DNA of 64,000 nucleotides from Polyangiaceae bacterium (GTDB lineage Bacteria; Myxococcota_A; Polyangia; Polyangiales; Polyangiaceae): NCBI GenBank assembly GCA_965222375.1, contig CBDCTZ010000011.1, positions 576,001 to 640,000 of the forward strand, read 5' to 3'. Shown piece by piece: positions 19,909 to 29,471 of this stretch (position 1 is its first letter; each line of letters starts with the position of its first letter). The notes under the pieces were generated by a model. It saw only the letters and a program-made list of their open reading frames with translations, ran no database searches and was not told where the DNA came from. The position numbers and the translations under genes were made by a program.

Positions 19909-22900
19909 GGCAGTCGTCCCTGATATGTCAGAGCCTTCACACCAGTCTCGGTGTGTACGGAGAGCTGGGATCCGGTCCACGCCGGCCCTTGCTTCATGAA
20001 ACTACGCGGGTTTTTCAGCATTGGCCCCAGAACCGCGTCAAAGCCATGGGCTGGCGATGGGCCCACTCCTCTTCGATGGAACTCCACAAGGGTCTCCAGC
20101 GCTTCGTCCCCAGCGGAAAACGTCCGCAGGCTTTGAAGCTTGTCTAGGTCCATGGAGAACTGCAGGACGGTTCCCTCGCCACCAAATCGCTTCTCCGCCC
20201 ACGCCGCGGCTTGTTTCGCATCAGTCGCAAGGTAAAAACCTCTGCCGAAATCCGATCTTGGGCTTCCTCGTGCCAGGTCAATCCCGCTGGTTTCTATGCC
20301 TTTCGCACGTTCAACGTGGGTTGCGTGATACAGCGTCAGCTGCCGACCACCTCCCATCGCATCAGCGATATCATCACTTGTCCGGAACCAGGCACCCGCG
20401 TTCGGCGACATGCCTGCCGTGCCAAGTGAAAGCCCCAAGCTGCCGATGGCCAACGTTCTCTCAAACACACCACTGTCGGGATCAAGCAGCAGCTGGACGT
20501 CCATGGCTTCCCCAATCCCTGGCACCAGCGACGCCGCCACCTCCACACCCGCTGCACCAGTGGAAGCAGAACTCGCACCACCAGAGCCGCCACTGCCACG
20601 GCTCCCACCGAACCCATTGGTCGCAGATTGTGGCTGGCCGCCTGCTCCGCCAGCGCCCTGCCCAACAACCTCGGGCGCAGGCTTGGGCGCGGCCGGGGTG
20701 TGGTCTGCACCATAAGCACCGCCGGTTTGGTCATGCAGCGCCTGATCAATTCCCGCGGCATCCTCGGGAAACAACCCCAAAGGATCCACGTTCTTCAGGG
20801 TCCGCCCAGAAACGTACGCATAGACGTTCAGGTCACCACTTCCTCCAACGTGCACCTCAAGCGGGTCAGGTGAAATCCACCGATTCAAATGCGTGCTCAG
20901 AAACCGCTTTCCAAAATAGTGCAACCCAACAGTGACGTCCTCTTCCTTGCCGGTGAACTTATAGTCCTCCCGAAACGCACTCCACCGCTCCGGCCGGTAG
21001 TCACTCTCCGTCGTCCCGTACGCTTCGTACGTGGTGCGCTCGACGAGCTCGCCCGTCGCTTGGTCCAGGACGACGCTCGCCGACCCAAGGTTGTCCCCCA
21101 ATTCGAAAAACACATGCAGCCGCTCCCCCGACGGGAACGTCGGCACGTCATGCGAAGCAGGCTCGTACACCAGGCGCGCCAAGCGCACGCCGTTAGCAAA
21201 CAGATAGCCAACTTCCGTGGCCGCACTGACGTCGTACTCTCCCCCGACGAACTCCGCCCGCCTGAGTTCCAGCGAGGCAAAGATGTAAACACTGTGCCGC
21301 TCTGCGCTCGTGGAGTCTTTCGCGGTCTTGATGACGCGCTGGTCACCCGCGTCGTAGGCGTTGGTCAGATCCGCAACGGCGCCGAGGCCGAGCGGGTTGT
21401 CGATCACGGATACGGCAGAAGACGAGGAGTCCCACCGCCGCGCTCGTGTCAGCCGCCCAACTTCGTCCCACTCATAGGCGAATAGCTGATTGCAAGCGCT
21501 GCCAGAGGGCAAGCAAGTGCCATTTCGATCCACCGCAAGTCGCGTCAGATTGCCGCAGTCGTCGTAACGAGCTGCGAGGCGTCCCGTGCGTATGCCCGGC
21601 GAAGACAAGTTGTCCGCGGACGCAAGCTGATACGGCCTCGGGTCGGTGCCTGTTAGCGCACCATTGCCAATGGTCCCTAAAGAGCGATCGTAAAACCCGT
21701 GCGCGTCATCGTCGGTCTGCGACGTGTTCCCGAGCCAGTCATAGGAATACGTCTGCGAGAGCACGCGCTTGTCGAAGGCGACATGCGGCGACGGTTTCGC
21801 GCGTCGCGAATCTTGCAGCGCCGCTGTCCCCGAATTCTCCGCGTCAAACGGCGACTTCCAAACGTCGTCACCAGCTGCGTATTGGTAGTCAACGCGCTTG
21901 ACGCGATACAGGTCATCGTATTGCGCCTTCTTCGTGACCGGCTTGGCGCCGTCCGGCCACTCATCGGGGATGCGCCAGTCATGCACCTCAATCGGATTGG
22001 AGACGACGTCATAGGTGATCTCGTCGTCCTGCAGCAGCAGCTGGAAGCTCGGCTGATGGCTCGCATCAAATACGGGCGCAGGTGTGTAAGGCGGCGTGCT
22101 CGCGGTCCATTCGGCGGGCGGGCCCCGATAGGTCTGCACCGTGCTGACACGCCGGCGCGTGTCGTAAACGTAGTCTGTGCGCGTGTCGGCGGCGTCGCCG
22201 TATTGGACTGACTCCAACAAGCCGTCAGCAGCCCTCTTCACCTTCGCGACTAGGGCGTTGTAGCTACCCTGCACACTCTGCACCGTGCCGCGGCGTGAAT
22301 AGGTCGTCGTCACGGCGTTGCTCTTGCCGGAAAGTGAGTCGAGGGTGCCGGCTAGCTCTGTCGTCGTCGTGCCGGTGGTCGTCGCGACTTCGCGATCGGC
22401 GGAGTCGAAGAACATCTCCTGTTGGTACCAACGTGGCGCATAGCGTTGCGCCAGCGCGTCGTCGGGCTCGCCGGGTTTGGCAACGCGTACTGCGCTGTCT
22501 GTGCTGCGACCGCGACCGTCGAAGGTGGTCACCGAGAGCGACGCGCGATCGTAAACCGCAACCAAGCGGCCCACTACGAAGGGCGCGATCTGCGCGTACC
22601 CGGACGGCGGATCGGGCGACAGGGAATCGTAGTGATAGAGCACCTCGAGCCCCGTGCCTGCTCCGACATTGGGCGCCGAGTACCCTTGATGCTGCGTTTC
22701 ACACGGCGAGTAGTCCTCGCTGAGCAAGCGCCCGAGACCATCATAGTCGAAGTTGATGCCGCAGCCTCTTGCGTCGCTGGTGCCCACCAGATCGCCCGCG
22801 TCGTTGTACGCGTAGCGCCAGGCCTTGAGACTCGTGGGGTTTTGCGTGGGGTCTGCGGTGTAGCCCTTGGTCGTGTTGGGCTCGACGTTGAGCACCATCC

Positions 22901-25900
22901 GCGCTTGCGAGTCATAACGCATCCATCGCGTGACGCTCTCGCTCGAACCCGCCAGCTCCCGCTTGATGACTTGTGGCTCATTCGTCGGCAGGTAGGTGGT
23001 GCGCGTGATCCGCTCCCGCAGCGTGCTGCCTTCGTGGAACCGCTCCGTGGTGAATGCTGTGCGGCCGTGGCCGTCCTTGGTCTCTGACGCGAAGGTCCCG
23101 GCGTGGGGGCCGGCTTCCAAGTCCGCTGCATCCCACATGTCCGTCGAGAGCGCGTGATAGGCCGAGTACAGCGTGATCGTCCCGTCGAGATCCGTCGTGA
23201 ACTTCGGCCTCCCGAACGCGTCATACCTTTGAGACCCATACGGAGCGCTCGGAACGGCTCCAAACGGAAACACCTTCGGTGTGCCACTGTAGAAGCTCTC
23301 CAAGTGCTTGCGCTCCACGGCGGCCTTGTTGTCGAAGGCGACTTGTCCGCTGGCGATCCAAGGCGCGCCGTCCTCGGTGTTGTCCGCTTCTTGCAATGTC
23401 ACTAAGGTGCGGCCGAAGCCGTCGACGTAGCTCCAGCTCTCGAGGTAATTCGAGCCGTCTGCGATCGTCTCCGCGTCTTGCGTCTGCGTATGAATGATCG
23501 AGTGGAAGACGTTGCCTGCTCCGCCGAGATCCGGCGGTAGGAAGTACTCGATGATCACGCTGGGTACTGGTGAGGTGATCCCTGGTGCATCCGGATGGGG
23601 CCTGGTGAGCGTGACCAGGCGCCCGAAGCCATCATAGGCCACGACCGTTGGCTGTGCCTGCATGTCGCGCACGTCCGTCGCCAGTGCGAGGCCGCGGTCG
23701 TACTGCTCGACCTTCGTCGTCAGCGGCATCGAGGTGCAGCCGTTCGTGCGCATCCGCTCTTCGATCGGCAGCTGCGTGAAGCTCGGATCGTAGTCCACCT
23801 CGCGACAGCGCCCATTGGGCCCGAACTCCTTGATCACGTTGCCAAATCCGTCGTACTCGGTCTGCCAAACGATGTCCGCTCCGGTCGACGCGTCCGCCGG
23901 TGGTGGCGCGATGCTTCCGCCCCCGGCGTGGAAGCGGTCGAGCGCTTCGGAGCCACTGAGCTTCTGCGTGCTCGTTTCTGGTACGCCCTCGGGGGTGTAC
24001 GCCGTGAGCGTCTCTTTCAGCTTGCCGTTGAAGTAGACGTTGCCCTCGACGTACGTCCGCACCGTGCGCCACAGCCAGCCTGTTGGATCACCTGCGGGTC
24101 GGCCCGGCTCGGTGACCGTCGTGATGACTTCGTCGGTGCCGCCGGGGCAGCCCTGGGTGCAGCCGAGCGCCACAGCCTTGCGACGATTGCCATAGACGTC
24201 CACTTCGCTTGCGCTCTGAATCCGCGCGCGGCCCGCCGTCGACTTGAGCGTCACGCTGCCGCCTTCGATCGTCCAGTCCGCGTTGCTCGCGGCTGGCACC
24301 ACGGCGCTGCCATCGTCAACGGGCGCTCGCTCCACTTGCACCCGCGGCAGCGTCACCGTCTCAGTGGCAGGGACGAAGTTGTCCGTGTCGTACAGATACG
24401 ACGTCTTGCTCGTTTCGAAGGCATGCCGCACCTCGCGGCCGTCGAGCCCCGTGTACAGCTTGCGCAAACGGTACGCCATCGTCTCTGTGGACAGCACGCG
24501 CCCGCTCTCGTCGCGCTTTTCCGTCACGACGGGCAGCCCCTTGAGCGCTTCGCGCGGATTGTCGCGCCACCGCTCGGGCAGGCTGCAATTCTCGATGCCG
24601 TTGTTGAGCGTCTCGTCCACGCACTCCCCGAGCAGGAACTCCGTCTCTGTGATGTCCGTCGGGCTATTGTCGTCACCGATGCGCTTGGCGCTCGCTTTGG
24701 CAAAGCCTCGGAACTCCCGCTGCCTCCCCTCGAACACCGGATCTCGATACGTGTACTCCGTCACATAAGTGCCGGCGGGCGTGCCTGCGACGGCGTGATT
24801 GTCCGTCTCCGTAACGCGCTTCACCACGTGCGCCACCGTGGGCATCCTGGAAGACCACGGATCGCCCGCGGCCTCCGCCGCCAGCATCTCCGCGGTCGAA
24901 GTCGAGTATTCCAGGTGCGTGCTCTTGCCGAGGCTGTTGTCCACCTTCGTCAACATCCAAGGCCGCTCACCTCCCTGCAGGTCGATGTACTGATACTTGC
25001 CCGCGTTCCCCCACAGGATGTCGCGGGTGCCGGAGCCGTTGACGTCGGCCAAACGTACGCGATTCGCAAAGCTTGGGCTCGCTGGCGTTCCCTTGATGAT
25101 GTGCCGTTTGGTCCAGCTCCTTCCGTCGACGTTGAGCCAGATGTCCACATCTGAGAAGCGCACCTGCACCAAGTCCGTGAGGCCGTCACCGTTGATGTCG
25201 TCTAGCCGAAGACTCGTGCCCTGGATGTCGCTGTATTGCGGGCTCGACGTCATCGCGATGTGGCGATTCGCTCCGAGGCCACCTGCTGGGCAGTCGTCCC
25301 GCTTGCCCGTACCCCAAAAGCCGTTGCCCCTGCCGGGCCAGAAGCGGATGTCGCCTTTGCGCACTCGCACGATGTCTGGGATCCCGTCGGCATTCATGTC
25401 GGCGATCTTGATGTCATCATCGCTGAACCGCACGGGCGTGGCGCTCCAAGGTACGCAGGTGCGCACAGGCTCGTTGGAGATGAGGGAGCTGGTCGGTCCC
25501 GTCCACGATGCCTTGCCGAACTGCCCATCCCCTTGCGGGTAGCGGCCAAGGGCGAAGAAGGTCTGCATCTCCGTGCCGGTGCTCACCACGACGTCAACCA
25601 GACCGTCGAAGTCCACGTCCATGACTTGCGTCTCGAGCACGTCTTTGCCGAAGTCGATCTTTGGGCTCTGCCCGCTCGCGGTTGTGACTCCGCGTCCTTG
25701 CCAACACCAACCGTTTGCTTCCTGCCTTGGTGAAAACGTCGAGTAGGTCTTCACTTTCGGCATGTGCAAGAGGTCAATGGTGGCGTCGCCATCTAGATCA
25801 AGCGCGCGCACGTTGAAGTTACTCAAGCGGATATTGCTGGCGGTTGCACTGCCTAGACCCTTCAAGCACATGCCTTGGCCACCTCCGAATCGATCCACGG

Positions 25901-27581
25901 TGCCGCTGACGCCATTGAAGAAGACTCCGTGCCCGGGTCCGTATTGGCCGATTGCCGTGACCAATACGTCCGGCAGCGCGTCGCTATTCACGTCGAACAG
26001 ATCGGTCAGCTCCTCATCCACCGAATGGGGCGGGCTGCCGAGCATGTCGATGATTCGTTCGTCGAAGCCTTCGTAGCCGACCAGATCGCCGAAGCCCGAT
26101 CCCCCGCCGGCGCTGAAGGGTGTAACGTGGCCGTAGTCGAAGCTCATTGCGGGTAGGCGAGGGCAGTTCGTAATTGTCGGCAGCGCTTCGCCACCTTCTG
26201 CCGCCGCGGCTGTCTCGGCCACCGCGCCGTGTCCGCCGCTGCCACCGCAGCGACCCTCCACCTGCACGCTCGCTAGCAGCGATACGTGGCTCGCCGAGTC
26301 GTAGCTCAGGTGGGTGCGCCGCAGCATGCGGCGCGGACCACCACCCTTGAAGGCATGGCTCGCTACGTCGACCCGAGCGAGACGCAAATTCTGTTCGATC
26401 AGAAAGCCGCTGCGATAGGATCGCGTCGGATCCGGTCGCTGCTCGTACGCCAGCCGCGTGTGATGCGCGTAGGCACTGAGCGGAGCGCCTGCGCTGGGCG
26501 GAGTATCGTAGATGTCCGACAGGTACGCCATCCCGCCGTCTTGGGTGTAGCGAAACACCACCGCGTTGGCGGGCGCGGGATTGCCCGTTGCGGGATTCGC
26601 GCTGCCGAAGGTGTCGTACTGTCGCACCAGATGCCAGCGATACACTTCGCTCACGTTGTTGGGGTTGCGCTCGAGCCCATTTGCATAGCCGCTGCCATCC
26701 AGCGGCACGCCGAACTCCATGGTCACGCCACTCTTGTCCTGCACGCGCCAGGTCCGATGGTCCGCGGACCAAAAGAAGCGCAGGAACGATCCTTCAACGC
26801 GGGGGCGAAAGTACTGCGAGCCGGCTGCCCAAGCTGGCATCACTTCCCCGGGCAGCGCACCGGCACATGCGAGGGTCGCATCCACCACGCAGATCGGCAC
26901 CAGCTCCTGCCCGCCGTTGAATACGAAGCGGTCCTGCTCTGGGAAGAAGCCCGCCTGATCGCCATAGCGTGGCACTCCGCGATCCGTCTGCCGCGCGATG
27001 AACGGAACCCCGATACTCCAACCCATCCCGGCCACTCCCAGGCCAGCGCTCGAGCTGTACGAAAGAGAGAGACTCGGTTGCGCCCCGCCGCGAGCAGCTG
27101 GCAGTGCCAACGGCACACTGAACGTCGCAATCCCCGTCGACAGCTGAGCCGAAAAGCTCTCCTCCATCCCCTGGATCGTGCCGGCGCCTTTGGGAACGCT
27201 GATCGCCTTGCTCGTGACTCCGCTCTTGTCTGCCCCAGTCGGCAGCGCCAAGGTGTTGGTCGGCGTTACAGCCTGCGCGGGGCCTCCTGATGCTTTGTTT
27301 TTTATTTGGGCTTTCGGAGCTTTGTCGCTCCCTAGTACCGCGCTGTCCTTGCTTGCCGTCGCCGCGCCTTCGCCCTCTTCCGCATCAATCGGCCGCTGCG
27401 CCAAGTCCGGCGCGTGCTCACTCACGTTCGGCGCTGCGCCCCCGGGTTCAGCCGCAGTTTGTCCCGCATTCTCCGCGCTCGCCACGCCTTCGCCATTGGG
27501 CTCCGCTCCCCGCGCGTGAGTTCGCGTAAGCCCAACAAACAGAGCGGCGGCAACGAGTGCGGTGCGAAATCGCGAACTCAT
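19905..27581 (-). CDS. SpvB/TcB-RHS (TcB-TcC-like fusion) polymorphic toxin with DUF3990/ADP-ribosyltransferase-like tip, 2558 aa
   Basis: Sec-like signal; SpvB motif (PSLSLSYSS..GMGWS..IARQTDRGVPRY); FG-GAP repeats; midN motif REFRGF; YD repeats; RHS core FTGKEED..WISPDP..DPLGL; tip LYHAT..SDFGRGFYLA. Confidence 0.9.
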   Translation of the reverse strand: MSSRFRTALVAAALFVGLTRTHARGAEPNGEGVASAENAGQTAAEPGGAAPNVSEHAPDLAQRPIDAEEGEGAATASKDSAVLGSDKAPKAQIKNKASGGPAQAVTPTNTLALPTGADKSGVTSKAISVPKGAGTIQGMEESFSAQLSTGIATFSVPLALPAARGGAQPSLSLSYSSSAGLGVAGMGWSIGVPFIARQTDRGVPRYGDQAGFFPEQDRFVFNGGQELVPICVVDATLACAGALPGEVMPAWAAGSQYFRPRVEGSFLRFFWSADHRTWRVQDKSGVTMEFGVPLDGSGYANGLERNPNNVSEVYRWHLVRQYDTFGSANPATGNPAPANAVVFRYTQDGGMAYLSDIYDTPPSAGAPLSAYAHHTRLAYEQRPDPTRSYRSGFLIEQNLRLARVDVASHAFKGGGPRRMLRRTHLSYDSASHVSLLASVQVEGRCGGSGGHGAVAETAAAAEGGEALPTITNCPRLPAMSFDYGHVTPFSAGGGSGFGDLVGYEGFDERIIDMLGSPPHSVDEELTDLFDVNSDALPDVLVTAIGQYGPGHGVFFNGVSGTVDRFGGGQGMCLKGLGSATASNIRLSNFNVRALDLDGDATIDLLHMPKVKTYSTFSPRQEANGWCWQGRGVTTASGQSPKIDFGKDVLETQVMDVDFDGLVDVVVSTGTEMQTFFALGRYPQGDGQFGKASWTGPTSSLISNEPVRTCVPWSATPVRFSDDDIKIADMNADGIPDIVRVRKGDIRFWPGRGNGFWGTGKRDDCPAGGLGANRHIAMTSSPQYSDIQGTSLRLDDINGDGLTDLVQVRFSDVDIWLNVDGRSWTKRHIIKGTPASPSFANRVRLADVNGSGTRDILWGNAGKYQYIDLQGGERPWMLTKVDNSLGKSTHLEYSTSTAEMLAAEAAGDPWSSRMPTVAHVVKRVTETDNHAVAGTPAGTYVTEYTYRDPVFEGRQREFRGFAKASAKRIGDDNSPTDITETEFLLGECVDETLNNGIENCSLPERWRDNPREALKGLPVVTEKRDESGRVLSTETMAYRLRKLYTGLDGREVRHAFETSKTSYLYDTDNFVPATETVTLPRVQVERAPVDDGSAVVPAASNADWTIEGGSVTLKSTAGRARIQSASEVDVYGNRRKAVALGCTQGCPGGTDEVITTVTEPGRPAGDPTGWLWRTVRTYVEGNVYFNGKLKETLTAYTPEGVPETSTQKLSGSEALDRFHAGGGSIAPPPADASTGADIVWQTEYDGFGNVIKEFGPNGRCREVDYDPSFTQLPIEERMRTNGCTSMPLTTKVEQYDRGLALATDVRDMQAQPTVVAYDGFGRLVTLTRPHPDAPGITSPVPSVIIEYFLPPDLGGAGNVFHSIIHTQTQDAETIADGSNYLESWSYVDGFGRTLVTLQEADNTEDGAPWIASGQVAFDNKAAVERKHLESFYSGTPKVFPFGAVPSAPYGSQRYDAFGRPKFTTDLDGTITLYSAYHALSTDMWDAADLEAGPHAGTFASETKDGHGRTAFTTERFHEGSTLRERITRTTYLPTNEPQVIKRELAGSSESVTRWMRYDSQARMVLNVEPNTTKGYTADPTQNPTSLKAWRYAYNDAGDLVGTSDARGCGINFDYDGLGRLLSEDYSPCETQHQGYSAPNVGAGTGLEVLYHYDSLSPDPPSGYAQIAPFVVGRLVAVYDRASLSVTTFDGRGRSTDSAVRVAKPGEPDDALAQRYAPRWYQQEMFFDSADREVATTTGTTTTELAGTLDSLSGKSNAVTTTYSRRGTVQSVQGSYNALVAKVKRAADGLLESVQYGDAADTRTDYVYDTRRRVSTVQTYRGPPAEWTASTPPYTPAPVFDASHQPSFQLLLQDDEITYDVVSNPIEVHDWRIPDEWPDGAKPVTKKAQYDDLYRVKRVDYQYAAGDDVWKSPFDAENSGTAALQDSRRAKPSPHVAFDKRVLSQTYSYDWLGNTSQTDDDAHGFYDRSLGTIGNGALTGTDPRPYQLASADNLSSPGIRTGRLAARYDDCGNLTRLAVDRNGTCLPSGSACNQLFAYEWDEVGRLTRARRWDSSSSAVSVIDNPLGLGAVADLTNAYDAGDQRVIKTAKDSTSAERHSVYIFASLELRRAEFVGGEYDVSAATEVGYLFANGVRLARLVYEPASHDVPTFPSGERLHVFFELGDNLGSASVVLDQATGELVERTTYEAYGTTESDYRPERWSAFREDYKFTGKEEDVTVGLHYFGKRFLSTHLNRWISPDPLEVHVGGSGDLNVYAYVSGRTLKNVDPLGLFPEDAAGIDQALHDQTGGAYGADHTPAAPKPAPEVVGQGAGGAGGQPQSATNGFGGSRGSGGSGGASSASTGAAGVEVAASLVPGIGEAMDVQLLLDPDSGVFERTLAIGSLGLSLGTAGMSPNAGAWFRTSDDIADAMGGGRQLTLYHATHVERAKGIETSGIDLARGSPRSDFGRGFYLATDAKQAAAWAEKRFGGEGTVLQFSMDLDKLQSLRTFSAGDEALETLVEFHRRGVGPSPAHGFDAVLGPMLKNPRSFMKQGPAWTGSQLSVHTETGVKALTYQGRLP

Positions 27582-27596
27582 CCTGCCCCCCAAAAA

Positions 27597-27743
27597 TCGT
27601 ACTCGTACTCGTACTCGTTGCCGTCCTCGTCCTCGCTGCACCCGTCCGTCGATCTCTGCCCATCCCGAGTGCGAGCACGAGTACGAAGGCTGCACCGTTG
27701 TCCCGAGCTGGTAAGGTGGTTCCGTATTCGAGTACGAGTACGA
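27597..27743. repeat. Inverted hexamer arrays (TACTCG / CGAGTA), REP-like
   Basis: TCGTACTCGTACTCGTACTCG at 27597-27617; CGAGTGCGAGCACGAGTACGA at 27666-27686; CGAGTACGAGTACGA at 27729-27743. Confidence 0.75.
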
Positions 27744-27762
27744 AGGAAGCGCGATACCCTCA

Positions 27763-29457
27763 TCACGATCCCCCGTCGATCTGCAGCCCGCCGCCGCGCA
27801 CAATGGGAACAGGGATCAACTCCGCCACGACATCGGGCGTCCCCTCGATGCTCCCAAACACTCGCCCATAGTCGTCCCATGCCGTAGCGAGCGCCCCGCC
27901 GGGCCATAGCGGAGTCGCCGCCAGTGCTACTCGTCGCTGGTCATCCGCGCGATGCGCAATGTGCCGCGGCAGCGGGATCTCCAGCTCCGAGAGATCCAGC
28001 GTGACCCCACCGCCCGTGGTCCAAGTGATCTCCTTGAGCCACAACTCTTCGGCGTCGGGATCCGCCGCTACCGCTTCCGAGCGCCATCCCAGGAACATTC
28101 GAGCGCCAACGCGCGCAAGTGCAGGCTCACTCTGCCCCAGGGTCGGATCTGTCGAGTACGGCGCCACCAGCGGCGTGATCGCAAAGGACGCAGTCGTCCC
28201 TGGCGTCGCCGTGTCGAGCACCGCGCCCCTGAGCGCCGGCGTCCCAAAGGCGCCCCCACCTTCTGTGAACACCAACATCAAGCGCGACCCATCAATGGCA
28301 ACCAGCGCCGGCTTGTCCAAGCTCGGGCCAGGCGAGGCGACGCTCACCGAAAAGCTCGCGCTACCCGCGCGCGCTGTGATCGTCTCGGTACTCCCCGCCC
28401 GCGTCCGCCACGCCGCCGCAAAGCTCCCATTGAACGCCGCCAGCGCCACCTGCGACTCATGCGCCGCCGTCCCCGCGAGCACCTGCTCGCTCCCCTGCGG
28501 ACTGCCACTCGCGCCAAGCGTGCGCAACTTGATATCGAGCCCAGCCGTCGCGATCTTCGACTCATCCACCCAGGCCGCCACCAGCGCGCTGCCCGTCCAA
28601 ATCAAATCAACGTCCCGCTGATTGAAGCTCGTTGTCCCATTGACCCGCTGCTTCGGTCCCAATACTCCCGCCGCACTCAGCGTGCGAATCGCGATGCCGC
28701 GTCCGTCGCCGTCGGCGCCACTATCACTCCAAGCGACGGCAAATCCATCCCCCGGCAACGCCGCGACAACCGGATGCGCGTTTTCCGTCGTGGTGCCGTC
28801 CTGCGCGACCGTCGCAATCGTGCCCGGCACACCGTCTTCGTCGAACACGCGCAAGCCAACGAGCGGCCCCGCATGCGTCTCCACAAACGCCACCCCAAAC
28901 CCAGAATCATCTCCCCCGACAGGATGCCGCCCCTGCCCGAGTCGCCGCGTCACCTTTGGTGACACACCACCTTCGGAGCCGGGTCCGGGCGAGACCAACA
29001 CATCCTGCACCACACACTGCGGATTGCACGAGTCGGGCGGCGTCGAGCCCATCCCGTCATCACATTCCTCGGTCACCGGATCCCGCACGCCATCGCCGCA
29101 GAACTGCGAAACGGGCCCGTCCATCGGCGCATCGGTCGCGGCGTCTCCCACGCCTCCGTCCGCCGTGGAGCCACCGCCACCCGCGCTCCCGTCGAAGGAG
29201 GCGTCGGCACTACCCTCGGGCGCCGTCTGGTCATCGCTCGCATCGAGCGGAATGCCTCCGCCACCGTCGGTGGCAGACGCACCCGAGCTTCCTGCCACAC
29301 CAGCCACGCCGCCCGCGCCCGCTGCGGCCGCGGCGCTCGGGCCACCGTCGGGGCCGCAACTCGGCGCGAACCAAGCGAGCCCCACGCACACTAGCGTGGT
29401 GCATGCCAGGGGGACCTTCGGAGGTCCGACGGCGCAGCGACTGAAGCGGAAGGCCAT
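27763..29457 (-). CDS. Lipoprotein with Gly-rich linker, myxococcal Cys-rich repeat and probable beta-propeller (564 aa)
   Basis: Lipobox-like APSC; CGDGVRDPVTEECDDG (DUF4215-like); repeated VAW/AAW strands; GGAGG RBS. Confidence 0.8.
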   Translation of the reverse strand: MAFRFSRCAVGPPKVPLACTTLVCVGLAWFAPSCGPDGGPSAAAAAGAGGVAGVAGSSGASATDGGGGIPLDASDDQTAPEGSADASFDGSAGGGGSTADGGVGDAATDAPMDGPVSQFCGDGVRDPVTEECDDGMGSTPPDSCNPQCVVQDVLVSPGPGSEGGVSPKVTRRLGQGRHPVGGDDSGFGVAFVETHAGPLVGLRVFDEDGVPGTIATVAQDGTTTENAHPVVAALPGDGFAVAWSDSGADGDGRGIAIRTLSAAGVLGPKQRVNGTTSFNQRDVDLIWTGSALVAAWVDESKIATAGLDIKLRTLGASGSPQGSEQVLAGTAAHESQVALAAFNGSFAAAWRTRAGSTETITARAGSASFSVSVASPGPSLDKPALVAIDGSRLMLVFTEGGGAFGTPALRGAVLDTATPGTTASFAITPLVAPYSTDPTLGQSEPALARVGARMFLGWRSEAVAADPDAEELWLKEITWTTGGGVTLDLSELEIPLPRHIAHRADDQRRVALAATPLWPGGALATAWDDYGRVFGSIEGTPDVVAELIPVPIVRGGGLQIDGGS

Positions 29458-29471
29458 CAGTTGTCCTCCCG

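Noticed and set aside
27597..27743. CRISPR array
   Set aside because: Short hexamer tracts in inverted orientation, no repeat-spacer periodicity and no cas genes.
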